Shown piece by piece: positions 17,395 through 28,323 of a stretch of DNA of 64,000 nucleotides. A model generated the notes under the pieces. It was not told the origin of the DNA. It saw only the letters and a list, made by a program, of their open reading frames with translations, and did no database searches. Position numbers and translations under genes: made by a program. Each line of letters begins with the position of its first letter. Position 1 is the stretch's first letter. Source of the DNA: an uncultured virus (IMG/VR IMGVR_UViG_3300037247_000623) (taxonomy: Duplodnaviria > Heunggongvirae > Uroviricota > Caudoviricetes); the IMG/VR virus record IMGVR_UViG_3300037247_000623; one strand, written 5' to 3'.

Positions 17395-20300
17395 GATGAC
17401 AGTACGGTGGAAAACAGAGAGGCCGGACAGCGGCTACGAAGTGCTCAACTACGAGGGCCGGTGGGAGCCTATCAGCCGTGAGGCTATTGAGTGTGAGCTG
17501 AACGCTGGTGGGATGGTGACGTGGAAGCCCACGGGGAGTGGGCGATGAGCTACCGGACCACGATAGACAGCATCGAGCGCGAGTCGCAAGCTAACTCGCA
17601 AGCGATAGCTGATGGCACCCTGACGGGGCTGGCGTCGCTGGACATGGAAGACGCCCTGGAGTTGAGGCGCAAGCGAGCAGCAGCAAGGCGGGGCATGAGA
17701 GCACAGCAGAGCAAGGAAGAGCAAGTGGGCGAAGATTGTGGACATAGGAAGCATCACCAGCCGTGCTGGTGTGAGGGCTAAGGACATGAGGATTGAGCTA
17801 GATGAAGGGGCGTTCGCGGCTGTACTCGTCATCTGTCTGACCGTGATTTTTTGTGCGTGTATGTTAGTTGTCATTTGGGGTGGACGATGAGAGCAGCAAT
17901 GGTTATCAAGCAGTATTTCAGCACGCCGGACAAGCCTGTCGGCATCCGAGAGGTAGCTGACTTGTTCAAGGCAGTACCGCGTCAAGAGTATCTGAACATG
18001 GCAAAGGACGCCGCGAACCAGATGGGCGTCACGTTGGAGGTGGACGATGCAAAGACTCCAGTCGTATCCAGGTAAGGCGCTCTCGCTCATGTGCCTGAGC
18101 AACAAGGGACACGGAGTGCAGAGGGTGTACTACATCGTACACAACACAGAGCGCGTGAGGAAGAGCGCCCGCCACCCGTGGAAGACTGTGGACAACAGCA
18201 AGTACGTCTTGGGGTGTGCTTGTCAGAGGAAGGCGGGGGTATGAGAGTTAGGTATTTAACTCACCACCAGAAGAAGGCGTATGTTGACGCACACGGTGCG
18301 TGTTGTCCATTCTGCGGGGCAACAAACATCGCAGCTGGGGCCTTTCTGACCGAAGGGGTTGAAGCGTGGCGGATTGTACACTGTCTGGCCCCCCTCTGCG
18401 AGCAGGCGTGGCGAGAGGTATTCAGGCTAGAGTGGATAGAGGACGCAAGGGCGAGCAAGTGGTCATGAGCGCAACCGTAGTCATCGGCGGGCAGACGCTT
18501 CGCATCGGCAAGATTGACTTCGGGGAGTGCCCCAAGTGTGGCAGGGAGATGCTTGAGACAACACACACGCCCAAGTCTTGCATCGAGCGGTGCCACTGTT
18601 GCAATTATATTCAGGCGTGGAGCAAGAAGGGCAAGAAAGCGAAGAGGTGAGACAATGCAGAGAACATCACTGAAGAGAGTGGCGGCGAGAGTTCGCAACC
18701 TGAAGGCAGGGGGAGCAGATGTTTCCCTTGTCTCAATGGGGAGCGGGAAGCAGCAGATTCACAACAAAAGGCAGAACGCGGCGCTATCGCCCGTGCTTGG
18801 GACAGGGGAGCTTGCCAACTGGCTCGACGGGTTCGAGAACGGGCGCAAGCAACAGCCAGTCCTGGTCATTGGGGGAGGGGGAGAGTGATAACTAACACGA
18901 AGCGCTTAAGGAACCGCATCTGTAGGTTGCTTAATGACCCGTCTGCCTATCTGCTCTCTAACGCGCTCTTGCGCACTCTAGAACGAGCAGTTAAGCAGAT
19001 AGAAGCGGGCAAGCTCGCCATAGACCTCAAAGGCTATGGCCGGGGGAGGTGAGTGATGGACAAGTTTCCTAAGATGGAGACGATTGAGGCTACGCTCTTC
19101 GGGCAGCGGATGGACATAGGGCCAAGCGACAAGGAGATTGCTGAGGCGCTCTACCAAAGCTCACCAGAGTTCAAGCGGGTTGCTGACGCAGCAGCATCGG
19201 CATTCCACATCGCAAACCAGATTGCCCCCGTTAGCGGTGTGGGCATGGCACACGTTGTAGCCTACGCCCTCAGGGCAGGTGTCACAGCAGAGCGAGCGCG
19301 GGCAGAGTGCGAGCAACTCACATTAGCGATGATTCCAGAGAAAGGAGAGAGGCCATGCCACCGAGAGGATAGCTGCGACAGCATAACCTGACCACCACAA
19401 TAGACAACAACGCGGTTTTGTCCACCGCCAAGCAAAGCACAAAGTGCCTTGCCTCCTAGCGCTTGAGCGGCGCGAGCCGCGAGTAGCTAGGGGAGAGGGC
19501 ATACGGTAGAACCTATGCTAGTTCCGGTTCGTAAATGCGGCTGTAAGTCGCCCCTGTGCTCTCCATTGTTTGGCGGCTTAGTGTACTAACGACTATAGCC
19601 ACCCTACTGACCTAGCAGCGGTGGCAGCGAGTTAGGGAACGGCTACTTAGGGGTAACACCCGTAAAAAGTAGCCTAGCATCGGCACAATACTAGGTCAAT
19701 CCGGTGCGGGTCGCCAATTAACTTAGAGAGGTGAGACGGTGAGCAAGAACAGCACAAACCTTTCAGACAAGCACTTTGCTACTCACAACCTGAGCGATGC
19801 TACGCTAAAGATAGGGACGCTTGAGGGAGAGCAGCTTGGTATCCGGCTGAGCTGGCAGGAGGTTGAGCGTCTAGCTGCGTTCATAAGAGAGGAGCAAAGG
19901 AACTACGAAGGAGAAGGACAAGAGAGGTGAGACAATGACTTGTAGATTCAAGCCGGCCCCACAACCAAAGCGGGAGACGACGTTGGAGCGGCTAAGGCGG
20001 CAGGCTAAGGCGATTAACCGCATCATGGCCAACCACAACGGAGAAATAGGCAGAGAGCAGCGCAAAGCGCAACGCGCTCAGTATCGAGCGCAGAGAGTAG
20101 GCGCTCGGTATGAGGAGAAGATGAAGAAATTCTCAAAGCTCCACGACGACCTTCAGTACCTAGCAGTGGGCTACAACTAGGAGAACCCATGCTCTGCCCA
20201 GACTGTCTAAACTTCTGGATTGGCTTACGGAACATAGCTGTCCCGGCAATAGGCTTGTGGACGCTAATAATCTACGGAGCCGTCTGGCTCGCAACGGAGG

Positions 20301-22215
20301 CAAGGTATGTCGTACAGGAAGTACAAAGGACGTTGTTCGTCATGTGGTTCGGGTTGGATTAAGCGGCGCACAAAGCAGAGGAAGAATCGGTACTACTGCG
20401 GGAGTTGTGGGAGGCGGAGACAGTGGCGCTAACTGAGGAAAGGAATATCACAGGAGCATTTCTCCTGCTAGTCGTAGTTGGTAGTATCGCCTTTGGCTTT
20501 GCAATGGGTAGCTTCGCTTGGGGCATCGTGGCTTTCTGTGCAGTAATCATAGTTTCGTTCCTAACGCGCTTATGACCAAACGAGTCATCATCGAAATCAA
20601 GAGTGGGCTGATGCAGGAGTGCGTCGTGCCAGAGGGAGTAGAGGTGCTCCTAATTGACTACGACGCAGGAATAAAGGAGCTTGTAGAGCAAGGAGGGGTT
20701 ATCAAGTGGAGGGAGTGGATTGAGCCTCGCATCCGGGTAAAGGCCCTGAGATTGCGAGATGGGACAGTCATAGACCCAAGCAAGGTTGACGACCGCCCAC
20801 AAAACATCTAATGTCAGTTAAGCACGGCGGCTCCGCAATCGAGTGCAGCAACACGCAGCGGTGGAGAGACTACGTGATGGGCCTACTAGGGTTGGAAGGG
20901 TGTCAAAGGCTCGGTGCGCTTTACGGAAGTGGAACCGTGCCTCTCCGACCACCCAAGCAAAGAGTTAAGTACAAAGCCGGGACACATTGGACGCAACGGA
21001 GGAAGAAACCATGACTATCGAACAAGCAGTTAGTGGGATGTTGCAAGCGTCTTTCGTCTTGGGGATGGCTATGGGAATCCTCATGGGGCTTGGGCTTTCG
21101 GCGTTTATGAGGCTCTTTCGGGACTAACGATGCTGGGAGACATTCTACTGGTCATGCTGATAGCAGTTGGAGGAGGCGCGCTGTTCATCGTAGCGTTCTC
21201 GATTGCTGAGTGGATAATGAACTTCTTTAGTTGGACACGGAGGCTTTGATGGAAAAACAGGTAATTTGCCCTATCACATCACGCGAACTTACACCAGAGG
21301 AAGTAGCGGAGATAAAAGCGGGCTTGAGGCAGCTTGTATCTCTGACTCAAAGGTATCCCTGCTTCCGCGCCATCGTGACGACGCTACGTGGGCCTGATGG
21401 CAGCGAAAGGACTCAAGAGAGCTTAGACCAAATTTGCGAGCTGAAGCAGAGAACAGTGTCCCGCGTGCGTTGGGCGCTGGGTTTCCGCCCTAACGATGGA
21501 ACAGGCTTTGTAGTCCGTGGTGCGAAAGTGGATTTACTAAAGCTTAGGAACGAAGAGGGCTTCTCACACTTCGAGTCGCATGTAGAGGGCGCGGTGAAGT
21601 CCATCCGAGCGTTGTTTGGGGAGGACACGATATGAGGGTTGCACAACTAACAATCGAAGAGCAAGACACGATTCGGGACTTGCGGGATCAGCAGAAGCGC
21701 TACCGCGAAGCGGGTACGCGGCTCGGCGATCTTGTGCGGGCGATAGCCCGAAAGTGCTTCGGGATTCCAATTCGACCTCTCTACGACGATAAGATAACGG
21801 TCGATCAAGACGGTAAGTACATCATCTTGGAGTAAACTATGCGCGTTCTTGTTTGCGGGAGTAGGGAGGCCAGAGAGCTGAAGCTCTACCGTAGGGGTTT
21901 TATTGCACGCGCCCGCAAGGTCAGGGAAATGTCTGGATGCTCTCTATGCGGGTACAAGTGGCCGAAGAAGAATCGGAGCACGCCTGCCTATCACTGTGGG
22001 TGCGGCGAGATGCTCTGTGTAGGTTGTGTGTTTACTGGCAACCATGTAAAGCACTTGGGAGGGAGATAGAGGTGGAGAAACAGAAAACAATTCTAGTGAA
22101 CGGCCTTCGATGTAAGCTAGTCCCCCGACGGAAGGATGGGAGCCTAGACACTTCTAAGATGCAGTTCGCTCGCTTTACCCCCATGCCTAAACGTAAGAGG
22201 CGGGGCAAAAAGTGA
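17395..22215 (+). other. Early region of many short, tightly packed hypothetical ORFs (several Cys-rich)
   Basis: GAGGTGA/GGAG RBSs and ATGA overlaps, e.g. 18241..18468, 18655..18888, 19053..19391, 19739..19930, 19935..20180, 21231..21635, 21632..21835. Confidence 0.6.
19570..19717 (+). ncRNA. Predicted multi-helix RNA with an 8-bp kissing loop
   Basis: Five helices plus loop-loop TGACCTAG/CTAGGTCA in an ORF-free gap. Confidence 0.6.
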
Positions 22216-22649
22216 AAGAAATCAACGGCAACCTCTGGGACTACTACGGCAAGGACGGCTTTGTCGTGATGCTTACTACGAACGGCACCGTCAAGCGAAA
22301 TGGCTGTGCTGTGATGGGGAGAGGCTGCGCCCTCGAAGCTAAGAAGCGCATCCCAGGGATTGACAAGCAGCTTGGGCAACTCATGGCTAGGGGGACGAGA
22401 CGGTTCTGCTGGCCGCTCGACGACGGGAGGCTCATGGCCTTTCCTGTCAAGCACGAGTGGCATCGGAAGGCGGATTTAGCACTCATTAGGGAGTCAGCGC
22501 ATTTCCTAGAGGCGTTTGCGAAGGCACACAAGAAGGATACAACCTACATTCTTCCCCGTCCAGGGTGCGGGAATGGACATCGGACTTGGGAAGAGGTAAA
22601 GCCCTTACTTGATGGGTTGCCGGACAACGTGTGGGTGATTACGTGGTGA
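22212..22649 (+). CDS. Macro domain (ADP-ribose binding/hydrolase) protein
   Basis: GNLWD, TTNG...MGRGCA, AFPVK..W and LPRPGCGNG...WEEVKPLL motifs. Confidence 0.85.
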   Translation: MKEINGNLWDYYGKDGFVVMLTTNGTVKRNGCAVMGRGCALEAKKRIPGIDKQLGQLMARGTRRFCWPLDDGRLMAFPVKHEWHRKADLALIRESAHFLEAFAKAHKKDTTYILPRPGCGNGHRTWEEVKPLLDGLPDNVWVITW

Positions 22650-22726
22650 GGGAGCCGGGGTACTAACATGAACGAGCAACAAACCTGGGATTGGCTTGAG
22701 ATGCTTCACACTTTAGGAGGATAACT

Positions 22727-23086
22727 ATGAACGAAGAAGTGCAGAAGAAAGCGATGGAGATGCTGGAGGCGCTAGCTGAGAAGCTGGGAACGACGCTTGA
22801 GCATCTTTGGGAAGTGTTGCTGTTGCAGGCGAAGGTGGAGGCAGTTGAGGTGGGAATCTGGCTGCTGATAGGAACAGCAGCACTAACAATTGGAGGGCGT
22901 TTGTTCATCAAGAACATGACGTGCTGGGAGACGGGCGACGACCATGAGTTTGCCCGCTGGATGACGGGGATGGGATTATCCATAGTCGGCTATATAGCCA
23001 CCCTAACAAACCTTTTTCGACTTCCAACGCTCCTAATCAACCCAGAGTGGTGGGCGATTCGAGAGATTCTCCGACTCCTGGGATGA
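22727..23086 (+). CDS. Membrane protein
   Basis: LAEKLGTT.EHLW.VL..QA N-terminus, two hydrophobic helices, NPEWWAI. Confidence 0.6.
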   Translation: MNEEVQKKAMEMLEALAEKLGTTLEHLWEVLLLQAKVEAVEVGIWLLIGTAALTIGGRLFIKNMTCWETGDDHEFARWMTGMGLSIVGYIATLTNLFRLPTLLINPEWWAIREILRLLG

Positions 23087-23338
23087 TAAACCACAAGCAA
23101 AGCGTCGCGGAGCACGCCCTAGCGGTGGCGGAGAGGGAGAGGAAAGACAAAGCTAACTATGCACGATGGATGGGAAGAGCCATCTTAAAAGACTTCTCCA
23201 GAATGGTTGAAACAGATGGTTTAGATGCGGCTAATGCGTTCTTTACCCCAACACTTGTACAAACTAGAGCGAAGGTGCTGGGAGTTCAAAAGGAGTTCTT
23301 GTACTTGACGGAGGAGATAGTCGAGCAAGGGAGAAATC

Positions 23339-23953
23339 ATGATTAACATTGACCCGAAATCGTGGCACGCAAGACTGTACCTTTGGTATCTGAAGGAGAG
23401 CGGCAGTATGCGCGCTCGTCGGGCGTTGCAGGGGACTTACCTGTGTCCGTACATGAGGACGCTACTAATCTGGCTCCCACTCTTCATAGTTCTGGGGCTG
23501 CCCCTCAGATTCACCTTTTGGGCGTTGTACGTCACGTTTTGGGGAAAAGCGGATTGGCATTTCAGACCGCGTTGGGTCGGGTTGGGCCTGCTGATTGGAG
23601 CACCACTCTTGATTCCCCCCACTTGGCAATACCAGGACGGTTGGGCGTGGTGGTCGGATGTGGCTTGGGGGTTCGGAACCATGTACGTCCTTCTTCTACT
23701 AATTCTTTCCGTAGCTGGTATCCTTGTACTACTACTAATACCCATCATGCACCTAGTAGATATGTATGGGGGTAAGCAGGGCGTCTATAGAGACGCACGA
23801 GTGGTTAGGAGAGCAACTAAGATTCTTGCAAAGCCAGTTACCGTTCCAACAGTGGGTTTTGCGCGCCTCCTCTACAAATACTACCAGACGTTCCACACGA
23901 AGATTTGTCCCAGGGTGCAGTTTATGGAGCCGGAGGCTTGGGAGGAGGAATGA
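23339..23953 (+). CDS. Membrane protein
   Basis: SWHARLY, LCPY, several TM helices, C-terminal KICP. Confidence 0.6.
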   Translation: MINIDPKSWHARLYLWYLKESGSMRARRALQGTYLCPYMRTLLIWLPLFIVLGLPLRFTFWALYVTFWGKADWHFRPRWVGLGLLIGAPLLIPPTWQYQDGWAWWSDVAWGFGTMYVLLLLILSVAGILVLLLIPIMHLVDMYGGKQGVYRDARVVRRATKILAKPVTVPTVGFARLLYKYYQTFHTKICPRVQFMEPEAWEEE

Positions 23954-24299
23954 CACTAGCCGGAAGAGAGCAAAGAAAGCACGACAAGCGTGTGCGGGCG
24001 GAAGTGTTGGCGGCGTGTATCAAGGCCATCCAAGGAATGAAACGTGAGGACGAATCAGAATTACACGATGATAATTGGGATGCTACATATAATCGGGCGG
24101 TTAGAGATTGTGGTCGCATCGTCCAGAAACTCCAACCCGCCGCCGCTGACCTGGAAGAGTTGCTGCGGAAGAATCGGCTGGATGAAGCAAAGTGGTGGCA
24201 CAATGACGGCTATCCTTATCACGAGCTTTCCAAATGTCTGTGCCTAGCCTGTAGGCGCGTCAACGAGCTAGAGAAGGCCTGTGCCACTGAGGGGAAGGG

Positions 24300-24665
24300 A
24301 TGACCAAAACCAAAGTCTTTGTGTACGGAACGCTGAAGAAGGGTGGGCACTTCCATGAGGTCCTCCAAGACTCCCGCTTCATAGGCGAAGGAGCGGTAGA
24401 GGGACAACTTTACAACTTGGGAGCCTTTCCGGGATTGGTGCAGGGGGAGGGAGAAGTAAAAGGGGAACTCTACGAGCTAGCAGCGGGAGTTAGCTTAGAA
24501 TGCCTTGACCATCTTGAGGGATTCTTCACAGAGAGTCCACACAAGTCCCTCTTTGTGCGAAAGCAACGGAACATCGAAGTTGGCGGAGAGACGCACCTAA
24601 CTTGGGTGTACTACTTCAATATGGATGTATCAGACTGTGAGAAGATAGAGGTGTGGGATGTTTAG
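24300..24665 (+). CDS. Gamma-glutamylcyclotransferase (AIG2-like)
   Basis: VFVYGTLKKG, LGAFPGL, GELY, LDHLEG. Confidence 0.9.
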   Translation: MTKTKVFVYGTLKKGGHFHEVLQDSRFIGEGAVEGQLYNLGAFPGLVQGEGEVKGELYELAAGVSLECLDHLEGFFTESPHKSLFVRKQRNIEVGGETHLTWVYYFNMDVSDCEKIEVWDV

Positions 24666-25038
24666 AGGAGCGATAGTTAGCTTTCTTCTGCTGTTTGTAC
24701 TTTTACCTATAAACGCAGGGGATATACGCAAGAAGCTCCCAAGTATGCGCTGCTTAGTGCGCTACGGGTGCTCGGTTTCCGGCCCCGTGTTAAAAACAGA
24801 TTACAACAACCCACGCGGCAGGGAAACTCCAGTTTGGGTAGTGCGCTGTTGGGCAGAACACAAATGCCCCTTCGATAAAAAGGCCGTGCGCGACTGGAAA
24901 ATCTGGCTTTCGGATCGGGACAGCTTAGAGGAAGGAAACAAGGACTGCATGAAATGGATGAAGCGAATTAAGCGGGCTTCATACCGCTGGAAACTTGAGC
25001 AGAAAGTAAAGGTCGTGGAAACAAAGGACAAGGGATGA
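24658..25038 (+). CDS. Secreted/signal-anchored hypothetical protein
   Basis: Hydrophobic N-terminus. Confidence 0.5.
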   Translation: MFRGAIVSFLLLFVLLPINAGDIRKKLPSMRCLVRYGCSVSGPVLKTDYNNPRGRETPVWVVRCWAEHKCPFDKKAVRDWKIWLSDRDSLEEGNKDCMKWMKRIKRASYRWKLEQKVKVVETKDKG

Positions 25039-26015
25039 ACGGCATATCCATCGGGACTGACCCTGAAATCTTCGTCTTTGCGGGAAAGGAGCTTATCCCT
25101 GCCTTTGAGTTTCTACCGAGTAAGCAGGAAGAGAAGGTGTGCTTTTGGGATGGGTTCCAGGCGGAGTTCACAACCCGACCGGACATGAGGACATCTGCCT
25201 TGCTGAACAACATCAGATTGGGGTTGTTTGCTATCTCGCGGCGGGCGAAACAGCACTCTCTCAATGCGCGCCTTTCAATTCTCAATACCGTCAAGATAGC
25301 TCCACATCGCTTGAAGCACGCACGACCTGAGCACGTTATCTTGGGTTGCGATCCGAGTAAGAACCTCTATAAGATGCGGGGGCAAGAGACTGGAGAGGGG
25401 AGAGAGCTTGAATATCGGTTTGCAGGGGGACACCTGCACTTTGGGCTGCCCTCAACGGGGATTAGCTTTGCGTTGGAGCAGCGCATAGTTGAGATGCTCG
25501 ACAGAGTGTTAGGCATAGCCGGGACAGCTCTAGCGGGTGGGCTGGACACCCCGATGCGGCGACGATACTACGGGCTTGCAGGGGAGTACCGTAGGCCGAA
25601 GCATGGAATTGAATACCGTGTGCTTTCTAATTTCTGGCTCAGCCACCCCGCTATTGCGGCGCTAGTACTTGACTTGGGGCAAGCGACGGTGCAGCTGACG
25701 CTCAACTCCCTCGAAGCTATGTGGGACGCGCCGGGGATGGAAGCGGCTAGGATCATAAACACCGTTGACGTTGACGGGGCACGGAAGGTGATCGAGAAGA
25801 ACTTCAAGGCCCTTCGAGTGATGTTGGGGGAGCACTATGGGGACTACGTTGCAGCGAACAACGCAATCAAAACCATACTGGGGGGGATAGGCTCAGCAGT
25901 TGAGAAGCCCCTAGAGGTTGAGCACAACTGGAGAATCGGAACAAAAGAACCCTGGGAGAGAGACTACTCATGGCTAACGGCGTCCAAGAAACTGAGCTTG
26001 CGGCAACCCATATAA
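25035..26015 (+). CDS. phiEco32-like COOH-NH2 ligase type 2 (paralog 1)
   Basis: IGTDPEIF, DGFQAEF, GCDP, AGGHLHFG, YGLAGEYR..KHGIEYRVLSNFW. Confidence 0.88.
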   Translation: MNGISIGTDPEIFVFAGKELIPAFEFLPSKQEEKVCFWDGFQAEFTTRPDMRTSALLNNIRLGLFAISRRAKQHSLNARLSILNTVKIAPHRLKHARPEHVILGCDPSKNLYKMRGQETGEGRELEYRFAGGHLHFGLPSTGISFALEQRIVEMLDRVLGIAGTALAGGLDTPMRRRYYGLAGEYRRPKHGIEYRVLSNFWLSHPAIAALVLDLGQATVQLTLNSLEAMWDAPGMEAARIINTVDVDGARKVIEKNFKALRVMLGEHYGDYVAANNAIKTILGGIGSAVEKPLEVEHNWRIGTKEPWERDYSWLTASKKLSLRQPI

Positions 26016-26420
26016 CGATAGAGGAATGTCCTAAGTGTGAGGGGACGGGATTCGAGGTTAGACCGCATTTCCAGAAGATTGACCCGCCTTGCCAACTATG
26101 TTGGGGTGCGGGCAAGATTAGGACGGACGTTATGTGTAGGTGCGGGAGGCCGGTTCAAGCCCTGGAGGGGGACGTGCTCTACTGTGGGGTGAAGGATTGC
26201 CTGGATAGGAAGGGCAAATACTTTTAGGAGAAGGACATGAAAATCAGGTTGGAACGCGACGAGTTTTGGCCGTATATGTTTGAATCACATAGCGGCGTAC
26301 TTCTTGAAATCCCCAGGAAACTGTGGGAATCTTACGAAGCAGCGCGCAAGGCTTTCGAGGCGGAGCACAAGAAACTGATGACCTCTATTGAGGATCAGGG
26401 ACGGACGGCGGAATTCTAGG

Positions 26421-26668
26421 AGGTTTGCCGACGAGAGCGCAATAGAGCGACACGCAACTTGCTTAGGCTATCACTTGCTGCCATTGGCCTGACGGGCCTG
26501 TCCCGGCGAAAGAGGGAGTTTACCAGCTCCCTTTTGTAGCTAGCTGAGATCGGTGGGGGAGATATTCTTCTTCTTTGTTGTACTCGACTTTAGGAGAAGC
26601 CTAGTGCCTCTGTGGGCAACGTAGGATGGCTACTCGCTGGTGAGGTACGCGACGGCGCGTGCAAGCTG
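26421..26668 (+). ncRNA. Possible structured RNA
   Basis: Gap without a convincing ORF; several stems (AAAGAGGGAG/CTCCCTTTT, TAGGCT/AGCCTA, GGCCT/GGGCC). Confidence 0.35.
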
Positions 26669-27005
26669 GGGAGTATGTGGAGGCTTATAATTGGCCTCCC
26701 GCTATCCGGGCGTTCCATTCAAACAAGTGCTAGGGCTTTTAGAGAAGGCTATGCTAAGAAGAGCAGGTATTGGACACGCTTCTACGATGTGCTCTCGTTG
26801 GCAATATCATTTACATGAAACTGACAAAGAAAGAAGAGAAACTAATCCTAGCGCGCCGCAAGTATTGTGCGACCTACGCGTGGTACAAGCGGCTTTGTAA
26901 GCAACACCCCCGAGTTTTTGGGGCAGACCATGAGCGCCGACTAGACGCGCTAGAGCTTGTTGACAACGCGCGAGAGGACGTACTTGATAGTTCTGTGTAT
27001 CCGTG

Positions 27006-27276
27006 AATCTTCCCCGGCTCAGTCGGGGTCGTAGCTCCTGCCAAAGGAGCAAAAAAACGCCTGTCATACAGGCAAATGCTTCCTTGAGTCGTATGCGAGG
27101 CCCAAAGCTGAGCTGATGACTCACTTAAGGGAAGCTAGGGCAAACGCTAGACCTCCTTATGGGGGCTAAGCAAACGTAGCGCGGTCGAAGCTCATGACCT
27201 CGGCCCCGAACCCTAAGCGTGCTACACCAGCCATCGGAGGGTCACTGACGGAGTGGAAACCTGGGTGGCAGGGATT
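27006..27276 (+). ncRNA. Predicted roughly 270-nt pseudoknotted RNA
   Basis: Many perfect hairpins and three mutually crossing long-range pairings in an intergenic gap. Confidence 0.55.
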
Positions 27277-27308
27277 GAGTGAAAATTTGAGTGGAGGAGA
27301 AGTAAGTA

Positions 27309-27752
27309 ATGTGCGATGAGCGTTGGAATGTAATCGACACAGTTGAAAAGCTCTGTACGGAGCTGCTACCGGAAGGGTACACCTTGAAGGTCTACGACTG
27401 GAACGAAAAGAGATTCGATATTCACTACCAGGGTAGCAAGCTCTGGGTAGCGCAGTTCTTCCTACAGCCACTTGCGGGCTGTGTTTGTGCCGCCGTTCTG
27501 TCCTATGGGTCTTGGATAGCGGAAGAGCATAGAGGCAAGGGCCTTGGAACAGTTCTATTGAAAATCAGAACCGAGGCGGTCAAGCAAAGCAGGTACACCT
27601 TAGCTTTGGCTACTGTCAGGAGCGACAATCTGATCGAGAAGAAGCTCCTATACAGAGCCGGGTGGCGTAGAGGCACTACGTTCCCCTCAACGTATAGCAA
27701 AGAGCACCACACCCAACTGTGGATGTACCATCCACGGGGAAAGGCAGAATAG
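27309..27752 (+). CDS. GNAT-family acetyltransferase
   Basis: EEHRGKGLGT acetyl-CoA motif, ATVRSDN...LYRAGW. Confidence 0.85.
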   Translation: MCDERWNVIDTVEKLCTELLPEGYTLKVYDWNEKRFDIHYQGSKLWVAQFFLQPLAGCVCAAVLSYGSWIAEEHRGKGLGTVLLKIRTEAVKQSRYTLALATVRSDNLIEKKLLYRAGWRRGTTFPSTYSKEHHTQLWMYHPRGKAE

Positions 27753-28231
27753 ACCATGCGTCAAATCGAAATCATCTGGTACGTCCTGAAGTACATCCCT
27801 TGGGGCGAGAAGTGGGAGTGGTATAAGCGCCTTCAAGCGGATGAGTTTGTGTTTGCGGAATAGGAGGAGAGATGAAGATTACATTAAGTGGGATTGTAGG
27901 ATACACCTTTGCTGGATTCTTGGGTTGGGCGGTGCTAAGGGGAGTTTTCAGAGTCGTGGTTTGGGCACTGACTCCTACCTATGAACATATCCCTCCTATA
28001 GTGTTTGGGGGATGGGAGCTAGTAGGTACAGTCAGTCTATCCGCTGCGCTCGGCGCGCTTTTCTACGCGATTCGTAAAGGGGGAATCACACTGTAATGTC
28101 AGCCAAAGTCTGGATCATGAAGTACCTACCCTGCCTGTCTTGCGGGGTGATGCATTGGCACAATCCGTGCGCGGCGCAGAACATCGACTACCGCTGTACG
28201 AAGTGTGGGAACACTAGGAGAGAGTAGCTCT

Positions 28232-28306
28232 GGTAGCGGTCGCCTATTGGTAAGGCACGGGGTTGTGGCCCCCGATAAGAGGGTTCGATTCCCTCCCGTT
28301 ACCCCA
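28232..28306 (+). tRNA. tRNA-His (GTG)
   Basis: Cloverleaf with G-1:C73, anticodon loop TT-GTG-GC, GGTTCGATTCC T-arm, encoded CCA. Confidence 0.92.
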
Positions 28307-28323
28307 ACTTAGGAGGAAAGAGG

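Noticed and set aside
18642..19937. Repeated GAGGTGAGAC element as a regulatory repeat
   Set aside because: Each copy sits a few bases before a start codon and is explained as a strong Shine-Dalgarno sequence
27113..27262. Hammerhead ribozyme cores (CTGATGA at about 27113; GTC-A-CTGACGG...GAAAC at about 27241)
   Set aside because: The first lacks a downstream GAAA and sits in a stem; the second lacks stem I and has GG in place of GA
27006..27276. tmRNA or group I intron
   Set aside because: No tRNA-Ala-like ends or tag ORF despite GCAAAC words; no P/Q/R/S consensus and no interrupted gene
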